Under the pieces are notes generated by a model. It worked only from the letters and a program-made list of their open reading frames with translations, was not told the origin of the DNA and did not search any database. Made by a program: the position numbers and the translations under genes. A stretch of 64,000 nucleotides of DNA from contig OZ244048.1 of assembly GCA_965215265.1 (NCBI GenBank), positions 416,001 to 480,000 on the forward strand. The letters run 5' to 3'. Source of the DNA: Candidatus Poribacteria bacterium (GTDB lineage Bacteria > Poribacteria > WGA-4E > WGA-3G). Below, in pieces: positions 59,609 through 64,000 of the stretch. Numbering within the stretch: the stretch's first letter is position 1; every line of letters begins with the position of its first letter.

Positions 59609-60996
59609 ACAATACCAACCCTTATTTACACTTAGACCGGCAAATCGTCGGCGATATTTATACTTCCAAAGAAGTCATGCAAAACCTAACCGTACTCTGC
59701 GACGAATACGGCTCCCGATTCGCTGGAACACCTGAAGAATATCAAGCCGCTACCTTCATCGCTGATTGCTTCAAACGTTATGGGCTCCACAACGTCAAAC
59801 TCGAACCTTATCCATACGCAGGATGGACACGCGGAAACCAGATCTCGCTCGACATCGTTGAACCCATCCAACGAACATTACACGCCATCTCTCTGCCCTA
59901 CTGTCCCGCAGACAGCTTGACTTGTGAACTCGTTTCCGTCGGATGTGGAAGCCCAACAGAATACACCACCCTCGGAAACAACGCGAAAAATAAAATCGTC
60001 ATGGCACACAGTGCTTCACCGCCCGACCTCGGTAGGTGGGTACATCGAAAGGAGAAGTTTGAACGCGCAGTACTCGCCGGGGCTAAGGCCTTTATTTTTG
60101 TCAGCGAACATCACGGCGTCGGACCCGAAACCGGAAGCCTCCAAAACGATAGACCCGCACCAATTCCCGGCATATCCGTCTCTAAAGAAGATGGCGAATT
60201 TCTAGAACGGCTCCTCGCAAATCACAACAAAGTTAACTTGAAACTACACACTACCGATATTAACGAACCACGCACATCGTGGAACGTCGTCGCCGATCTG
60301 CCCGGACGAAAACGCGACACACAAATGGTGATTTTAGGATGCCACTACGACGGGCACGACATCTCCCAAGGCGCACACGACCCAGCATCCGGAATGGTCG
60401 CAGTGATAGAAGCAGCACGCGTCCTCTCCGCTTATGCCGCACGCACCTTGAATAATACCATCAGATTTATCGCTTTTGGAACCGAGGAAATCGGGCTAAC
60501 CGGCGCATTCCGTTACGTTGAAGCACACGAAAAAGAATTAGATACTATCAGATTTATGCTTAATATGGATGCTGCAGGAGGGGCCAGTCGCAAGGGGATT
60601 GTCATACATCAATGGAAGGAGCTTCAACCCTTTTTTAAACACATGGCCACCCAACTCAATGCCGACATACCAATCGGACAGAAAGTACACTCCTACTCAG
60701 ATCATTTCCCTTTTTTCTTGAAAGGCATCCCGTCAGGCCACATGGGAGACCCGGAGACACCCCCCTCAGGGCGCGGGTTCGGGCATACCGCCTACGATAC
60801 CCTTGATAAGATTAAATTGGAAAATCTACGCACCGCCAGTGCTGTCGGAGCAAGGATAGCACTTCGCTGCGCCAATGAAAACGATTTCCCCGCATCGCGG
60901 CGAAATCCACAGGCAGTCCAGCACATCGTTGATAACGACACCGGACTCGAAGGATATCGTATTTCACTTAAACTCTCTCAAAAACCCAATGCCTGA
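59605..60996 (+). CDS. M28 family peptidase with PA domain
   Basis: GSRFAGT, HYD, GAHD..SG, EEIGL, NMD, SDH, H..YDT. Confidence 0.9.
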   Translation: MNNTNPYLHLDRQIVGDIYTSKEVMQNLTVLCDEYGSRFAGTPEEYQAATFIADCFKRYGLHNVKLEPYPYAGWTRGNQISLDIVEPIQRTLHAISLPYCPADSLTCELVSVGCGSPTEYTTLGNNAKNKIVMAHSASPPDLGRWVHRKEKFERAVLAGAKAFIFVSEHHGVGPETGSLQNDRPAPIPGISVSKEDGEFLERLLANHNKVNLKLHTTDINEPRTSWNVVADLPGRKRDTQMVILGCHYDGHDISQGAHDPASGMVAVIEAARVLSAYAARTLNNTIRFIAFGTEEIGLTGAFRYVEAHEKELDTIRFMLNMDAAGGASRKGIVIHQWKELQPFFKHMATQLNADIPIGQKVHSYSDHFPFFLKGIPSGHMGDPETPPSGRGFGHTAYDTLDKIKLENLRTASAVGARIALRCANENDFPASRRNPQAVQHIVDNDTGLEGYRISLKLSQKPNA

Positions 60997-61258
60997 ACAA
61001 AAAATAAGGTTATATTTAGAGACAAACATCAAAAGGCTCCGACGAGATTTTCGCAGTCATTGACAATACATCAGGCGTTATCGGGCTGAAAGATACAAAA
61101 AAACGAGATTTTCACAGTTATTGACAATACATCAGGTGTTATCGGGCTGAAAGATACAAAAAAACGAGATTTTCACACGAACTATCATTATATAGACGTT
61201 GATGGTTAAGAATTCACCCTGCTGGCAGGGACAATTCTTAACGGAGATATACGAAAAA
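60997..61258 (+). repeat. Dispersed repeat element copy 1, with internal 61-bp tandem duplication and hairpin
   Basis: Near-identical to 62862-63060. Hairpin GTTAAGAATT-ca-CCCTGC-tg-GCAGGG-ac-AATTCTTAAC at 61205-61242. Confidence 0.92.
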
Positions 61259-62749
61259 TTGAAAAACTACGCGAAAATTGGACCGCTTCTTTTACTTATT
61301 TTATTCACACCCTTCGGGTTTACCCAAATGGCTCCCACCCGCCCAACTCCTCCCAGTGGGTGGCAGGAAAAGGGTGGGTGGGAGCCACCACAGGATGTAG
61401 ACGAAACTCGACGCACTGCCATCGTCAATGCTGTTGAACGCGCAAGCCCAGCCGTCGTCAATATCAGCACTACCAAAGAAATAACACGATTCTCTTTTTG
61501 GGATGATTGGTGGGCACAAATCCCTTACACACGAAAACTACGAGGACTCGGATCCGGGGTGATTGTCGACCAAAACGGATACATTATTACCAATCATCAT
61601 GTCATTGAAGATGCCGATAGCATCAAAGTTATTCTACCAGATGGACGCGAATTTGAGGCAGAAGTCTTCGGATATGACTACCTCTCAGACCTCGCAATTT
61701 TAACTGTCAACGCCACGAAACTACCTGTTATCACATGGGGAGACTCTGATAACTTGTTAATCGGCGAATGGGCAGTCGCAATCGGACATCCCTTCGTCGG
61801 ACAAGCCAAACCCACCGTAACAATCGGAATTGTCAGCGCAACACAACGCACTCTCAACGACGAGGAACGGTTCCATGAAGGACTCATTCAGACTGATGCT
61901 TCAATTAACCCCGGCAATAGTGGCGGGGCACTGGTCAATATCGCAGGGCAGCTTATCGGCATAAACACTGCTATATACACTACAAGTGGAGGCTCACAAG
62001 GCGTCGGATTTGCAATTCCTGCAAACAAAGCCAGAAAAGTTATACAACAGATTATTGATTATGGCAGCGTTATCCCGCCTTACATCGGCATAGAGACACA
62101 ACCCGTAACAGAGGACTTGGCAGAAAAACTGTTCCCAAACGCTGACAGCCAAACTCATAGCGTCGCTGTCAAAACAGGCGTTTTAGTATCCAAACTAGAA
62201 AAGAAAAGCCCCGCTGACACCGCCGGTATCAAGCGCGGGGATGTTATTACTACTATTTCCGGACAACAAATTAAAAGTGAAACCAGTTTCAAGGCACTCG
62301 TACGCCTGCTCCCTCTTCACAAAGATATTCAGTGCCAATTCTTCCGAAATCGAAAAAAACGCAACACTACCCTCACCTTAAAAACACGACAATGGCAATA
62401 CACACCGCCCGGGTGGGGACTCACACTAGAACAACCTGACCGAGAAATGGTCCAACGAATCCATAATGATTCGCAACGCAGGACAACACGCAACTATGAA
62501 CGGCAAGCCTACAACCAACAACCCGGTGTCATCGTCTCTTACGTCGAAGAACAGAGCGGATTGGCAGGGGCACTCAAGCGCGGCGATTTAATCTTTCAAA
62601 TTGACAATAACAAGATTCACTCCCTAGAAATTTTCAAAATGATAGATCAGAATGTACGAGCCAGACGGAGAGTCAGACTTTACTTCAAACGAAACGGAGA
62701 AACCGAGTCTATTATTGTTTCTTTTAATCAAAACAATTCACGGAGATAG
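61259..62749 (+). CDS. htrA: HtrA/DegP family serine protease with two PDZ domains
   Basis: GSGVIV, TNHHV, DLAIL, IQTDASINPGNSGG. Likely TTG start at 61259. Confidence 0.93.
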   Translation: MKNYAKIGPLLLLILFTPFGFTQMAPTRPTPPSGWQEKGGWEPPQDVDETRRTAIVNAVERASPAVVNISTTKEITRFSFWDDWWAQIPYTRKLRGLGSGVIVDQNGYIITNHHVIEDADSIKVILPDGREFEAEVFGYDYLSDLAILTVNATKLPVITWGDSDNLLIGEWAVAIGHPFVGQAKPTVTIGIVSATQRTLNDEERFHEGLIQTDASINPGNSGGALVNIAGQLIGINTAIYTTSGGSQGVGFAIPANKARKVIQQIIDYGSVIPPYIGIETQPVTEDLAEKLFPNADSQTHSVAVKTGVLVSKLEKKSPADTAGIKRGDVITTISGQQIKSETSFKALVRLLPLHKDIQCQFFRNRKKRNTTLTLKTRQWQYTPPGWGLTLEQPDREMVQRIHNDSQRRTTRNYERQAYNQQPGVIVSYVEEQSGLAGALKRGDLIFQIDNNKIHSLEIFKMIDQNVRARRRVRLYFKRNGETESIIVSFNQNNSRR

Positions 62750-62813
62750 GTGTTTTAAATCTAAATTTTTTTGCAACCATCTGTAACCTCTCTCTCCTGA
62801 AAGGAGAGACTGG

Positions 62814-62866
62814 AAAAGAGTGGGTGGGAGTTCTTGACAAAAGAGTGGGTGGGAGTTCTTGACAAA
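62814..62866. repeat. 25-bp tandem duplication AAAAGAGTGGGTGGGAGTTCTTGAC
   Basis: Two exact copies, just after a CTCTCCT-gaa-AGGAGAG hairpin and abutting element copy 2. Confidence 0.85.
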
Positions 62867-63060
62867 ATAAGGTTATATTTAGAGACAATACATCAAGAGG
62901 CTCGGACGAGATTTACACAGTCATTGACAATACATCAGGCGTTATCGGGCTGAAATATACAAAAAAACGAGATTTTCACACGAGCTATCATTATGTAGAC
63001 GTTGATGGTTAAGAATTCACCCTGCTGGCAGGGACAATTCTTAACGGAGATATACAAAAA
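62862..63060 (+). repeat. Dispersed repeat element copy 2
   Basis: Same sequence as copy 1 without the 61-bp duplication; hairpin at 63008-63045. Confidence 0.92.
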
Positions 63061-63100
63061 ACGGAATGTCAAGTCAAACTGAGTTAAAAAGGATAAAAAA

Positions 63101-63817
63101 ATGAAATTCCAACTACCGATAATCATCGCAGCATCACTGACGCTACTAATCTTCGGCGGCATCTATTTCTTCGGAAAGGGTAAGACGCAACTCGGCATAG
63201 CTGTCAATTTAGAGAGCGAGGAATTCAAGCAACTACGCTCTGATGCCACTGACGCTTTCAACGCAGGAAAGTATGAACAAGCCATTATACTCTACGATAA
63301 AGCACTCAGAATGCGGCCCGAAAACGCTGAAGTCTATAACGATTTGGGCGCAGTCTATTACGAGCAAGGACTCAAATACGCCGGCCCCAGTTGGCCCTCT
63401 TGGGAAAAGGAAATTCGCGATACCTCCTACGCCACCGCAATCGCAGAACTCCAAACAGCCCTCGCACAGGTTGACTCCGGAATGGTCACCTTCAAAACAC
63501 GTGATGATGATGTCGCATCCGCACTTGTTGAACACGCGAAAAAACTCGGCGGCGAAGTCTATCATGCACGATGGGAAAATGAAATTACACTCAACATTCT
63601 TATTGGACAGACCAGAGTCTATTTGTTGAAAGCCCGCGACGCTTACTTACGCGCCTTGGATCTAAAGCCATCGCATAGCGTCGCATATCGAAACCTCGGA
63701 TCGCTTTTCATGAAAGTCGGAAAAACCGATACCGCCATTGACTATTACGAAGAGGCATATAAATTGGACCCGCGCGACACCGAACTTGAGGAATACCTCA
63801 ATCAATTTAGAAAGTAA
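63101..63817 (+). CDS. Membrane-anchored TPR protein
   Basis: N-terminal TM; TPRs 'YEQAIILYDKAL..P.NAEVYNDLG' and 'AYRNLGSLF...AIDYYEEA'. Confidence 0.88.
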   Translation: MKFQLPIIIAASLTLLIFGGIYFFGKGKTQLGIAVNLESEEFKQLRSDATDAFNAGKYEQAIILYDKALRMRPENAEVYNDLGAVYYEQGLKYAGPSWPSWEKEIRDTSYATAIAELQTALAQVDSGMVTFKTRDDDVASALVEHAKKLGGEVYHARWENEITLNILIGQTRVYLLKARDAYLRALDLKPSHSVAYRNLGSLFMKVGKTDTAIDYYEEAYKLDPRDTELEEYLNQFRK

Positions 63818-64000
63818 ACTCGTTAACACGAACAATCGCTTTTTTGTATATCTCCGTACCGTCAACGCTTATGTCGTGGGTACTCGTGTGTAAATCTCGT
63901 CGGAGGTTATCTATGCTATGATTCATATCTTTCTCCTTAACCTCCTACATATACGGAGTGTCGAGCCAAACTGAGTTAAATTCGTATATTTCAGCCCATC

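Noticed and set aside
61205-61242. Link between the hairpin's GTTAAG end and the GTTAAGT switch motif
   Set aside because: Only a 6-nt match, the next base differs and there is no poly-C tract; treated as coincidence.

Overview
Bacterial chromosomal window. The gene repertoire (LamG proteins with a C-terminal 'K(L/A)ATTWGxLK' motif, PhyH dioxygenases, an FG-GAP/ASPIC protein, Uma2, TPR proteins) suggests Candidatus Poribacteria or a related sponge symbiont; this assignment is an inference. Positions 1-21.2 kb are largely a defence island. It holds a Type II R-M pair, an operon that appears to join Ssp-type phosphorothioation genes (sspB/C/D-like) to a PbeABCD-like effector (PLD-helicase, small protein, CxC SMC-like ATPase, dnd-associated protein), a sulfur-binding-domain HNH nuclease and a frameshifted Type IIG R-M gene. 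A Type III-like Mod/Res pair lies at 50.5-55.0 kb, and the rest is mostly housekeeping or accessory genes. The most striking observation is that three unrelated defence loci carry the same cis-cassette: a C9-10 tract, 8-12 nt, then GTTAAGT. With C10 the frame reads through as TTA-AGT; with C9 it stops at the TAA inside the motif. The cassette splits the Type IIG and Type III Mod genes (both C9, OFF). It also lies in a leader ORF (C10, ON) whose stop overlaps the TTG start of the phosphorothioation operon. Other features are a promoter-driven tandem array of ~128-bp hairpin repeats, a ~200-bp repeated 5' element flanking htrA and a YqeY pseudogene. No tRNA, rRNA or CRISPR array was recognised.
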